From IMG/VR virus record IMGVR_UViG_3300045988_123818: a stretch of DNA of 64,000 nucleotides; one strand, given 5' to 3'. Below, one piece after another: positions 30,801 through 36,623 of this stretch. Position 1 is the first letter of the stretch; each line of letters opens with the position of its first letter. The translations under genes were made by a program, and so were the position numbers. The notes under the pieces are model-generated. The model was not told the DNA's origin, did no database searches, and was given only the letters and a program-made list of their open reading frames with translations. The DNA comes from a virus.

Positions 30801-33735
30801 TCAGCTCGCCCTTATAGCTCCATTGCTCCACATGCTTCTGCACGGTCTCAGCAATCTTCTGTTCAGTTCCGCGATACATGCCCACAGCCTTAGCCTTGGC
30901 GTTGATGTAGTCGGCAAAAGGTGCAAGCTGTTCCTGCGTCAGTCCCGAGTTTATCAGCTCCATGTATATCTGAGGTTCCGAAAGACCTTCCTTTGTCAGT
31001 CTCTCATACTCCTGCTTCAACACATCGTTGCTTTCCAAGGCTGCATTAAACGCCTTTTCGGCATTATTCATGTTGTTCAGCACCTCAGCCACAGCCTCGT
31101 TGTTAGGATTCTCCGTGCCAAGGTTATTCTCCTCAACCACGTCCTTGCCCTCTGTCTGCGACTGGTCGGGATGCAACGTTCCTTCCGGGAACTGCTCTCC
31201 CTCATAAGCCTTTCTCAGAGCCACACAAGCGTTCTGTTCTCCCTCGCTGCGCTTCAACGGGTCTTTATCCATAGCTGCCTTCAACTGTTCAGCAGTAAAG
31301 CCAAACGTTTCGGCTACAGTCTCCAAGGTTTCTTGCGCCACCTTCTCGTCCTTTATCTGAGCTGCACCATAGGCATTACCCAAACGTTGGTTTTCGCGTC
31401 TCAGTCTGAGTGAGTAAACTACAGAGTCTCGTTCGTCTTCAGTTTTGACGATATGTTCTGACAATAGCTCTCCATATTTACTATACTCGCTTACAGTGCC
31501 TCCTCCATAACCAATATACTCCATCATAGGACGTGACGAAGGAACCGTTCCCATAACCAAAGCAGAGAACTTAGCCTTTGTGTCCCAAGGTATTGTATTG
31601 TCTGCCATTATCTCATCATAGGCAGTCTTCACAAATTCAGCGTCCGTATCCTTATACGACTCCTCACCTTTCCCTTTGGCTGCGGTCTTCTTTGCTCGCA
31701 TCGCCCAAGATGTCAGACTTTCTTTTCTCGTCAGCGGATTGTCGTGTACGTCATATCCGTAGACAGACTCCTTGCGCTTCGGTGCAGACGCGCTTCCGAA
31801 CAGCTGTTCTTTCTCCTCATTAGTGAAAGTATATCCACCAAAGGCTGCTCTCTGTCCGTCAGATGTCATAAGGTTTTTAATGTTTCTCGCCACCATGTCA
31901 AGATAGCTTTCCTTCTTGCCATCCTTCGCATAACGCTTAGGCAGTCTTGCATGTGTCAGCTTCAAGGCTACAACATTGGCGCAAGCCTCAAGGTTTCCCT
32001 CTACGCTCAGCCAATCTGTATCATGTCCCTCTATCATCTTGGCAACATTACCACCCATGTGCATACCAACGCCTTCCATAGCCAACTGGAACACCTTGGC
32101 AGGAATACGCTTCACGCCACTCACATTATAGATTCCTGCACCTACAGCACCGCCAATGCCGCCCATAGTAGCCCAGCTTGCGCCCTCAGAAAGACCGCCC
32201 ATAGTCATAAGCTTCACGGTATTGCCAATAGAAGTATCATCGCCAGTAGAGTAGTTCTGCACGGCTGCATTCGTCGAACCGTACAGCACACCCGTCACGC
32301 CTTGACTCACAGCACCCGTTGCAGCCATTCTGACGATACGACCGCGCAATGACGTGTTCGCTATTCTTGCTGCCTGGGCTACTCCGTTACCCATAACCTT
32401 GCCTGCCACGGCTGCACCAGCCTTTCCTAATGCGCCAAACACAGGAGCGTCTGCAGCAAAGCTCAATGTTCCGCGTGCAACTCTCGCACCCATACCCGGC
32501 TTAACATAAGGATTTTCCCCGTTATCGGTCATAGCCATGCCTTGCTGAGCATACTGTCTCTGCTTCTTTGACATCATGCCCATCGACAAGATAGTGCCTA
32601 TCATCGAGTCGTTGACACCACGGATGATATATTCTGCCGTACTCTTAGGCATATTACGGCTCAATTCGCTCTTCTCAAACTCCTCAGCTATCTTTGCTTG
32701 CAAGCCAGGAGCTATATAATTCTTTACATAATCCTCTGGGTCGATACCTAACGAAGCTGCCTTTTCTACTATTTCCTTCTGCATCTTCGGGTCAGAGAAC
32801 AACCCAGCCATGTCTTTCTCGGCATTCTTGCTGAGCTGATTCATTAGCTTGTCAGGATCAAGGGCTTCATTGTAAGCCTTTCCTGCTGCCATATATGCAA
32901 ATGGAGAAGCCTTGCTCAAAGCATCTTCTGCTGCAACACCTTTAACTGTCGCATCCTTAAACATCTTTTGGATACTATTGTTTATATATCCGCCAAGCTG
33001 TTTGTCAACAAGCTGTCTGCTGCTTTCTTCCAACTCATCCTCCAACTGTCCCCTTGTCTTCACAAGGTTATTGTTCACGTCCTCGTTCCCAAGGTCAAAG
33101 GCAGGAGCATTCCTTCGTCTTATCTCACCCTCAGCATTTCTACCAGCCTCTTGTCCAGCCTGTTCCATTCTACGCTCCAGTGACTTCTGTGCTCTTCTCA
33201 CACCGCCTACCATCTGTTTTACAGCACCCGGCTTTGTATAGTCTATAGGCATCTGCTCTTCATCGCGTCTTTTCGAGGCGTCAGCCTCCCTAAGACCCTT
33301 CACAAGCTCACTCTCCTTACCCACAGACACAGAAGGCGCAGCAGCGCCCCTATTCAAAGGCTTACCACCCATAGCAAAGCTATCGGATTCTTCACTCTTC
33401 ACTCTTCCCTCTTCACTTTCACCTCCCCACTTCTCTTGCGCTACCCGCTCCTGTGCGCGTCCCAATGCAGAACTATAGGATTTTTCACTTTTCCCTTTTA
33501 CCTTTTCTCTTCTCACGGTTCTTCCCGTAAACAGATGAGCACCAAAGTCACCAACACGACTCGCATCCTTTACGCTCACATCGCCTCTTCGCCCTGTCTT
33601 TCGGTCTATCACCTCCATTCGAGCACCAGGAAATGCTTTTGCAAATCCCATCGGGTCCTTGTCATACGCTGTCTTGTCTACCGTATGCCTGTTACCTTTC
33701 GCATCCTTGAAATAATAATATCTATTGTCTGCCAT
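18823..33735 (-). CDS. giant polyvalent protein (4970 aa): Gly-zipper region, ParB-like, SNF2/DExH helicase, N6-adenine MTase, two HExxH zincins, C-terminal TM module
   Basis: VVDGNGRTMA (about 29650). GTGTGKT (about 27020), DESH (about 26740) and QIEGRTYRIGN (about 25380). EPSAGHG (about 24970) and NPPFG (about 24785). HEMIHEG (about 23340) and HETVGH (about 22625). The TM segment SAPFALALIMAAV (about 19900). Confidence 0.9.
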   Translation of the reverse strand: MADNRYYYFKDAKGNRHTVDKTAYDKDPMGFAKAFPGARMEVIDRKTGRRGDVSVKDASRVGDFGAHLFTGRTVRREKVKGKSEKSYSSALGRAQERVAQEKWGGESEEGRVKSEESDSFAMGGKPLNRGAAAPSVSVGKESELVKGLREADASKRRDEEQMPIDYTKPGAVKQMVGGVRRAQKSLERRMEQAGQEAGRNAEGEIRRRNAPAFDLGNEDVNNNLVKTRGQLEDELEESSRQLVDKQLGGYINNSIQKMFKDATVKGVAAEDALSKASPFAYMAAGKAYNEALDPDKLMNQLSKNAEKDMAGLFSDPKMQKEIVEKAASLGIDPEDYVKNYIAPGLQAKIAEEFEKSELSRNMPKSTAEYIIRGVNDSMIGTILSMGMMSKKQRQYAQQGMAMTDNGENPYVKPGMGARVARGTLSFAADAPVFGALGKAGAAVAGKVMGNGVAQAARIANTSLRGRIVRMAATGAVSQGVTGVLYGSTNAAVQNYSTGDDTSIGNTVKLMTMGGLSEGASWATMGGIGGAVGAGIYNVSGVKRIPAKVFQLAMEGVGMHMGGNVAKMIEGHDTDWLSVEGNLEACANVVALKLTHARLPKRYAKDGKKESYLDMVARNIKNLMTSDGQRAAFGGYTFTNEEKEQLFGSASAPKRKESVYGYDVHDNPLTRKESLTSWAMRAKKTAAKGKGEESYKDTDAEFVKTAYDEIMADNTIPWDTKAKFSALVMGTVPSSRPMMEYIGYGGGTVSEYSKYGELLSEHIVKTEDERDSVVYSLRLRRENQRLGNAYGAAQIKDEKVAQETLETVAETFGFTAEQLKAAMDKDPLKRSEGEQNACVALRKAYEGEQFPEGTLHPDQSQTEGKDVVEENNLGTENPNNEAVAEVLNNMNNAEKAFNAALESNDVLKQEYERLTKEGLSEPQIYMELINSGLTQEQLAPFADYINAKAKAVGMYRGTEQKIAETVQKHVEQWSYKGELNGEKQDGGQMLFVKDNNGRVLIVGAGDVAFDNEGRARESVGDMLSVLDPNTKEMDFVSKKDVQLDHVEKTEDYAKNYQTMLEEKNSVAYAESEKGKEKSEKSDTKTESVVTPKEGASAPGVEDVKPIGEGEKNNPSDNGNGSNETLTFADGSPVPMMKDTKGRETADYSQMTPEHGAEWMSSQFGENAEAAVDGQIKRAEKMLKEAEKIKVDYTGDLNDAKEAEAQKTKAVDAAKAELELYTNIKKVMTANKVKAGMEKVGSAGEEGSVSEAGNLGAVREKFESGKRIVGNKRTRTLADGSKLRGHYEIVEADSLTPSHNANDGYKKSDGFPVNEEGRTINDRDYENDKQAQLVTDMIAMKYDGQAVDQVPVVTSDGIVVDGNGRTMAGQKAAKNGTDSAYLEALKENAENYGFTAEQIEQSGIKHPRLVLVSDEPMKYDTATFAKFNKNEKKTQGNTQQAVANSKKLSADEIGTIISEIEGSGNLDAFFNNPTAINSLLKRLIDKGVIGLNEVAGLRESEDKLSAAGKDFVKNLLLGSVFSENTIRMMGVDGMLKTKALNGIRAVTDNMKLGDYALMKEIDKAVQLVYEARQGGSGVDAYLRTPAMFGENAADRFDPISQAIALALEGKVEDFRELMMAYNRNAAHYADASQAEMFGERPTKEDFVNEFLKLRNWKDYETRHSSKEGNGDAGSSEGTEPQAPGGNEPAEGQREVDKAVKRESEKGKEKSEKSDSVVTPKGDIKDAIDPKGEKTKEEPSKTNPLAWLAHTAEMYKDEQVQKAKEELAKAKESGDASDIKRATEKMKQAMETKLRGNGIGLVERRRIIGREIGKILGEEVGKAEAEKIDKPWEQMDLEEREAVSSKNPLTETEINELTSEENKELIPAALAYLRGDKGNIINAISYFKIWNDVRSRHENVPDNSGTKDGTQLDAPNTGGSQELGLGRGREGGGPDGPVDRTDGERTTPGERESGTGGENDTPVSTGKPRVDKGEGNTPGMDAVSAGSTDTRGGGGAGNEGNVPKRGGQGGGNGPLDPNAGRKPATKQGTHFPDSTSERLKQERAEYEQKKKDFWERWKKAGQGYVKIALTPFKKLNLSPEQIEMLPELFKMHLNGAVLKIKEGIYKFNEWKAAMRAEEGEELKMIGLSDDDVDRFIEDYWNTPYQMDGETHTIGEWAGIHGNEKLRNKLSEPLNDKYQRQMEAEPIKVKIGDKKNIEETLPYLLPQQQEDVLKAETQFFGKEHADREHAYGKGYMFTNGTGTGKTFTGLGIAKRLVKQGKGRILIVTPSQKKVSDWIKDGRNLNMEIRDLDSIAKERGTTATTESGEGVVITTFANFGVNKKLLETKWDAVIYDESHRIMENKNGAETARSMQHYMMTNRSENHCFLRLQETNADYQKMKSLSEQFNAERDKEVKRIQDEYKASHPSATARDISYATSKALPKEIINFTPGDYASFPKLGEIHSEFKKAFSHYINEVMPKLEAQAKSEWKDTKTIFLSATPFNTRENLDYAEGYIFKYPEEEKGGRMSGRTQFYLDHFGAAYKFRYGRLEQSTSNPEAVAKQEIAFSDYLLDTLGTMSGRIIDSPYDYSRDFPTVSPDHAEQFNQAVQDAVRGHGVLADAYRKTIGDYTYGSALFETMKVANIIERIKAHLDAGRKVVIFHRRVETKEPIKPPFALMLDRANYSISLMKPGEAKNEAIQAVRAFSRKYADLLKWEQTLDYSMPREQIAKVFGKDNVLFFSGKESSKVKDKAVDTFNDDNSGKNIIVIQEASGKEGISLHDKTGEHQRVCITLALPQSPITVLQIEGRTYRIGNKSNAIFEYPILGLNSEMMLFGEKFNNQVSTTENLALGSKARSLRDSFAKGILEHSGVVPIEQQGVGGKEFDAPKEQNADPYDDAVLDYYSNQKLNSRNREGVDYFPTPEPLGYKMVEWANMGEGDTAMEPSAGHGAIARYVPKGNRMTAIEPSQSLFTKLQLKAGGLGRKFVNTIFENYDISNKHDVVVMNPPFGTAGATAIAHLGKAFKHLEEGGRVVALIPRGSTDKKFDKWIEGEKTAVLRAEVELPDIVFEQAGTKVVCRVVVVDKISNEAMRAKAGHPEKWDLGGHYDKIEDFFEDLRDVEMPDRIIDTNAIMMKKSKQTVKDLEELKNVRVDFNEGGINVRVRGDWKDYSIPFDMEGYSAEQKKKFLGITYETFEQQERQTRNETSQAVIAELKKLTCKLAGMTEEEMQRYLKKKYEGKSVMYRVEHAAEVYNKAKGGSKGQRDGRVVPEDVDKKTSEGIEKKFDEEIGEVESDFDSKEEFMQAVSDKIFLASRYRKSVLENQKKQLENELRRKESNTGEDSERAGTGRLASVNADNKTTLQGHRNKAQDRIALAAINRELDYRRVRAENLRNTYGLSAGSEIGFGEVEKIFRQSNTSPELGKLFAQTRDVLKRLGVDFGVQDEINSGKLTSPMGYASPERDIRYSIDGLVKTSSSKVELPVTILHEMIHEGVNGAIHLVKSGKADGMLTQKQIEAVETISEIYDRAVGNQEKFRENNYGLEDEYEFAAQMADPRQRKALDLGVMDRVVNFAKELMRKGDRSVWERVKDAVKKLFEVSDKSKMDKAIEDILEDFNKTIDDAAMADVDENGWSYDKGVVTPEKTSGASNAMSERIIKTVEKVAKRTGGKVKMVNSVEEIENPKVRKDIESGKQVTGWYDEKTGEVHLYMPNIHDTYTAEKTVWHETVGHKGMRGLLGDKFDSYMRDLWMDLDNPINAELRAYVKEKMNMNHLGFYDAIEEFIAKSAEDGKGEPGFWNYIKNKVTDALHEIGYRVSPNVKDVKYMLWLAKNVQKHGDSPLWKLRAEAVRWKIEHEKTEYTKIEGGELYDNDGKSHDFENMSREEWLETTDGEIHYRTAPSAATALDRYHHALDRHSYMATEAFMDNMLSLKKLMEAIDPSIRKIEDVASSMNPYLMQNITEGKMSDKSKLFEIHYMEPLDKAMSSVLDSFDGKKVEDRIRNFNLYMIRKHGLERNRVLFVRDWIREERKVKSEESDSIDALETAWKGEKYDLRKKLDSGQIDLKEYYRQMDEWIVKNLDKDFKAEEHDYSGMHGLQGIADKKAPYDDAGAIDEVMNQEASMESMKKGSVADFWKKVKAATDYSVNSDYESGLISQITHDGVLGMFDWYVPLRKFDEATAEDVYGYVTEMGDPSNYIGTTLMNAKGRKSLSNVEILAQIGLMGNRAIRNGGQNTIKQAFARFVRNSGEQNLVKETKVWVEKIGTDRNGNDIWEEAYPKIPEGAEADEVAEIVDAFETDMRAKQAKGEAKSLSNSTDIGFKFQRAKDKSQHFVDVKIAGRTHRFVVLGNPRAAQALNGMLENGKASQKWLQTVTRWMAMASTSWSPEFVMRNIVRDAEFASSHVRAKEGGRYAKKWARYYGELNPLNVFYNEGAGRLKSMKMKDFKNGVGFGLYARYREGTLGNSKMERYFKEFMENGGETGFVQLFSMHDMEKSYKSIVEKESAKGAKKVVVNAVELLKKLGENVESLNEVAENMARFATYCTSRDLGRSAARSAYDAKEVSTNFNRHGSGDAIKSFKNGEMGDWQKARRNTYGFVAGYLRNYSMFFNAGIQSTNLLLKNIKRAPVGTTVAMTSAPFALALIMAAVNNAIIQNEDEKDRGNVKDPYGELPDYIRRNNLCIYVGNNKFVTVPLAIELRAFYSLGDLAAGQTFAQNVKSQRNMAMDAVGCMSQLFPVVDFLNNPNYEKSLENGVGMTTEGIAPTAIVPFIEWWLNNDWKGAPIRRTGDKTELNPAWQNAYNNVPARLVDLNKWVNAKTNNIAPGNPEMKGNEVLDWATDPSMLNHFFGSWSGGMGTFTQRTAGLGAKATTGKTDEIEVGDVPFLRSLFYTPREQSSMARTKAKWYNYKEEMEQTIANNDKLKSKNVPTMKRIENAAALEKFEGSPEQRKVNIIKNAEKRMRHWNTMRKKWADDKKQVDFANKNIEMIIQEAVEDLDKID

Positions 33736-33759
33736 ATTTATTTATCGTGTTTTTATATT

Positions 33760-35208
33760 CTACTTCACATACTGACTCCAGTTCGTTCCTTTACCAGTAG
33801 ATGTACCACCTTTGGCTTGTGCCTTCGGCTTACTGCCAGAGCCTTGCCATCTTATAGGGTTCGCGCCCTTGCGCTGTCCCCTAATCTGCTTGGCTTCACT
33901 CTTCGACACCCTCTTGGTCACATATCCAACCTTTCTGCCCGAAGTGTTCACGCCACGCTTGGCCTTGTCGCTCGTCCTGATGTCAGCATAGCCAAATCCG
34001 TCCCTGAACGTCTTTCTAAGCGACTCGCCACGGCTTGAAGCGTCAAGCAAGCCATAGCTAATGGCACTCTGAATAATCTTACTTGCTCGATCTGCACTTG
34101 GATTCACCATCTTGCCGTCACTTCCCTCATATCCATTCATAGCACGGTCGAGTTCACGCTGCTTCTGAGGAGTAATCATACCAAGATTACGCATTTCTGT
34201 CCAAGCCTGGGCTTCCTGCTGAGGCGTAAGCTGTTTCTTGCTTGCCAGTCTTCCGTATGGAGTGGCATATCCATAACCGCCTCCTACGCCGCCGCTGCTT
34301 CCCGAGCCTCCAGCCGCTTTTGCCATTGACAAAGCCAGTCTGCTCGCACTTAGTCTTTCAGTAGCCTTGTTGTGGCGTTTGGTTTCGCCTAACCTCTCAC
34401 CTGCCAACTTCAAGTTGCCTTCTTGTACCCCAAGCAAACCATCGCGATATGCCTTCAAGTCCTTAGCGTTCTGGTCTGCTCTCTTGTCAGCACTTTTCTT
34501 AAGCTCAACCATCTGCCCTTTATAAGCTCTGTCTGCATCTGCTGCATCCATCTTTATCTGCAAGTTGGCATTCTTATACGCAGCGTCAGCCTCAGCAGCA
34601 GCTTTTCTCGCACGTTCTGCCTTTCTCTTGTCAAGGTCTGCTTGCATCTCAGCAGTCGGATTATTAAACTTCTGTAGCGCAGCTCCCTTGGAAGTATTAT
34701 AGATGTTCCCCATGTGTCGTATTGCGTCAGCTAAAGTGGCTATGCGCATATTGTTTCTCGTCATGCGCTCGTCATAATCATCATCACTCTCGCCTTCACG
34801 CCTTCCTGGTCGCTTCTTCGACAATCCGCCAAGCCACTTAAAGAAACCACCATCCCTTTGACTATCGTCCTTCTCAAACACAGCAGTAACACCCTTATCA
34901 CCACCAACAGCACCCAAATCAACACCAACCAAAGGCTTAGAGTTAAGAGCGTAAGAGGATGGCATCCTTCCTTCCATGTCTCTCGGATTTGACGTCTGCC
35001 ACGATTGTTGAGCCTTACTGCCCTCAGTCACAGGTTCCCCGTTAGGTGACCATCCTACATTTACAGGCATATTCTCAAACGTAGTAGGTCGTTTACCACT
35101 AAACACATTAGCTGGTTGCTGAGGCTGTGCCAAAACACCAGGAGCCACAACACCAGGCTGTGTTACAACACCCTCCCTCTTCTCCTTATCGTCCAATACT
35201 GTGTTCAT
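33760..35208 (-). CDS. hypothetical protein (482 aa), Gly-rich with a coiled coil; candidate internal or ejection protein
   Basis: Long ORF immediately upstream of the giant gene in the same operon. Confidence 0.75.
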   Translation of the reverse strand: MNTVLDDKEKREGVVTQPGVVAPGVLAQPQQPANVFSGKRPTTFENMPVNVGWSPNGEPVTEGSKAQQSWQTSNPRDMEGRMPSSYALNSKPLVGVDLGAVGGDKGVTAVFEKDDSQRDGGFFKWLGGLSKKRPGRREGESDDDYDERMTRNNMRIATLADAIRHMGNIYNTSKGAALQKFNNPTAEMQADLDKRKAERARKAAAEADAAYKNANLQIKMDAADADRAYKGQMVELKKSADKRADQNAKDLKAYRDGLLGVQEGNLKLAGERLGETKRHNKATERLSASRLALSMAKAAGGSGSSGGVGGGYGYATPYGRLASKKQLTPQQEAQAWTEMRNLGMITPQKQRELDRAMNGYEGSDGKMVNPSADRASKIIQSAISYGLLDASSRGESLRKTFRDGFGYADIRTSDKAKRGVNTSGRKVGYVTKRVSKSEAKQIRGQRKGANPIRWQGSGSKPKAQAKGGTSTGKGTNWSQYVK

Positions 35209-35593
35209 AATCCTCCAAGTTTTTCTTCAACAAGTCAAACGCCTGACCAAGGGTATTGACAAACTTCTCCGCCTTTTCCCTACGCTTGTACTGAAATACT
35301 ATCTCCTTGTTCAGTACAGCAATCACCTCGCACTTCTCTGACATGCGCTTAGCGTTCTTCTTCTTTATCCTCTCTATCACCTTGTCCTTATACGCCAAAG
35401 CATTCTCGGCAGACTTCAAGCAACGTTCAAACCAGTCACGCTCCTTTGTCACACCAGCAAGAGCCGACTTCAAACGCTCAATCTCTGCTGCTTGCTCGTC
35501 AACGAGCGAATCCTTCAACAAACCCGCAGCCTCCATCACACGATTAACGTCTACACCTTTCTTCGCGTTTATATCAATCTTTTTCTTTCCCAT
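35186..35593 (-). CDS. hypothetical coiled-coil protein (135 aa)
   Basis: ORF with a 23-nt overlap onto the downstream gene. Confidence 0.7.
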   Translation of the reverse strand: MGKKKIDINAKKGVDVNRVMEAAGLLKDSLVDEQAAEIERLKSALAGVTKERDWFERCLKSAENALAYKDKVIERIKKKNAKRMSEKCEVIAVLNKEIVFQYKRREKAEKFVNTLGQAFDLLKKNLEDYEHSIGR

Positions 35594-35638
35594 AGTATAA
35601 TCTTTTTTATTATTTTCCTACATGCGTTACAACGCTCC

Positions 35639-36430
35639 CTACACTCCCGTCACATTCTTCAACTTGTCCGAGTATTGGCTATACAAAACCTCGTTCTCGT
35701 TAATCTTAGGAACAACCGAGCCTCCCATAGCTGCCTTGGCTTGTGGGCTTGATACATCAACCTTGCCAGGCTTTGATGCCTTAGGAGTACCATCCAAACC
35801 AGGAGCTGCACTCATCATCGCATTACTCATATTCTGAGCGGCTGCAGCCGTAGTCTCTGCCTGCTGATTGTAAATATCCTCTCTCTGCTTAGAAAGACTC
35901 TGTTCGTTCCTCATGTGCTGATCCGAAACACTCGCCTTTCTCGCCGTGTCATTGGCGCCAATATTCGCAATAGTATTACCCATCGTCCTATTTGCTGCCT
36001 CCTTTGCCATTGCTGTACTCGCGGCTGTTCCACCGCCAACGGCTGCAGCTCCATCCGCCTTACGAATGTAATTGTCCTGAACCTCCTGAGCCCTACGCAT
36101 CAAGTTCTGACCAGCCTTTGTATCCAAGTAGTCCGTATTATACTCCTTGTCATACCAAGCCTTCTCCGCATTCGTGCGATATTTCTGCTCGGCCAATGCT
36201 CTCTTGGCTGCCTTACGCGACTTAAGACCTCCAAACAACGAACTACCTACACTCAAACCTAAACTGGCTGCACCAAGCAAACCTATCATCGGATTATTCG
36301 CGCCCGACAACTCACTAAAGCCTAATGGCAACCTAAAGTATCTGCTAATGTCTGTCATATCTATATCTTTTTTAATAACCATAACTAACATTCTTTCTCT
36401 CCAGTACCTTTTTCTTGGGGAATATAACAT
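35639..36430 (-). CDS. hypothetical protein with an N-terminal Gly-rich hydrophobic segment (start uncertain)
   Basis: Long ORF. The first ATG at 36430 lies inside repeat unit 1, so the internal ATGs at 36391, 36382 or 36358 are more likely starts. Confidence 0.7.
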   Translation of the reverse strand: MLYSPRKRYWRERMLVMVIKKDIDMTDISRYFRLPLGFSELSGANNPMIGLLGAASLGLSVGSSLFGGLKSRKAAKRALAEQKYRTNAEKAWYDKEYNTDYLDTKAGQNLMRRAQEVQDNYIRKADGAAAVGGGTAASTAMAKEAANRTMGNTIANIGANDTARKASVSDQHMRNEQSLSKQREDIYNQQAETTAAAAQNMSNAMMSAAPGLDGTPKASKPGKVDVSSPQAKAAMGGSVVPKINENEVLYSQYSDKLKNVTGV

Positions 36431-36623
36431 TGACCCCCCTTTCCGGTAGTACCTTTTCCAGGAAATATACTAACGACCTCCTTTCTGTGGAGTACCTTTT
36501 CTGGGGAAAATGATGATGACCTCCTTTGAGAACAGTACCTTTTTATACCTATGCTTTTATCTACTATAATTCGCAGCCAGTACCTAAGCCCCCACCCCCT
36601 TTGGGTCGTTCATCATCCACCTA
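36403..36623. repeat. five tandem 43-45-bp direct repeats, each starting AGTACCT
   Basis: AGTACC occurs at 36403, 36448, 36491, 36534 and 36579. Units 1-3 share AGTACCTTTT...GG.AA.AT...GACCYCCTTT. Units 4-5 are degenerate. Confidence 0.75.

Noticed and set aside
18823-33735. The giant ORF considered as a virion-packaged RNA polymerase, as in N4-like or crAss-like podophages.
   Set aside because: The motifs I can read belong to a helicase, a methyltransferase, a ParB-like domain and zincins. I found no polymerase-like catalytic Asp motif by eye. This would need profile searches to exclude fully.
36403-36623. The tandem repeats considered as a CRISPR array.
   Set aside because: The units are contiguous 43-45-bp direct repeats without alternating unique spacers. 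Conservation decays along the array, there is no palindromic repeat core and there are no cas genes.
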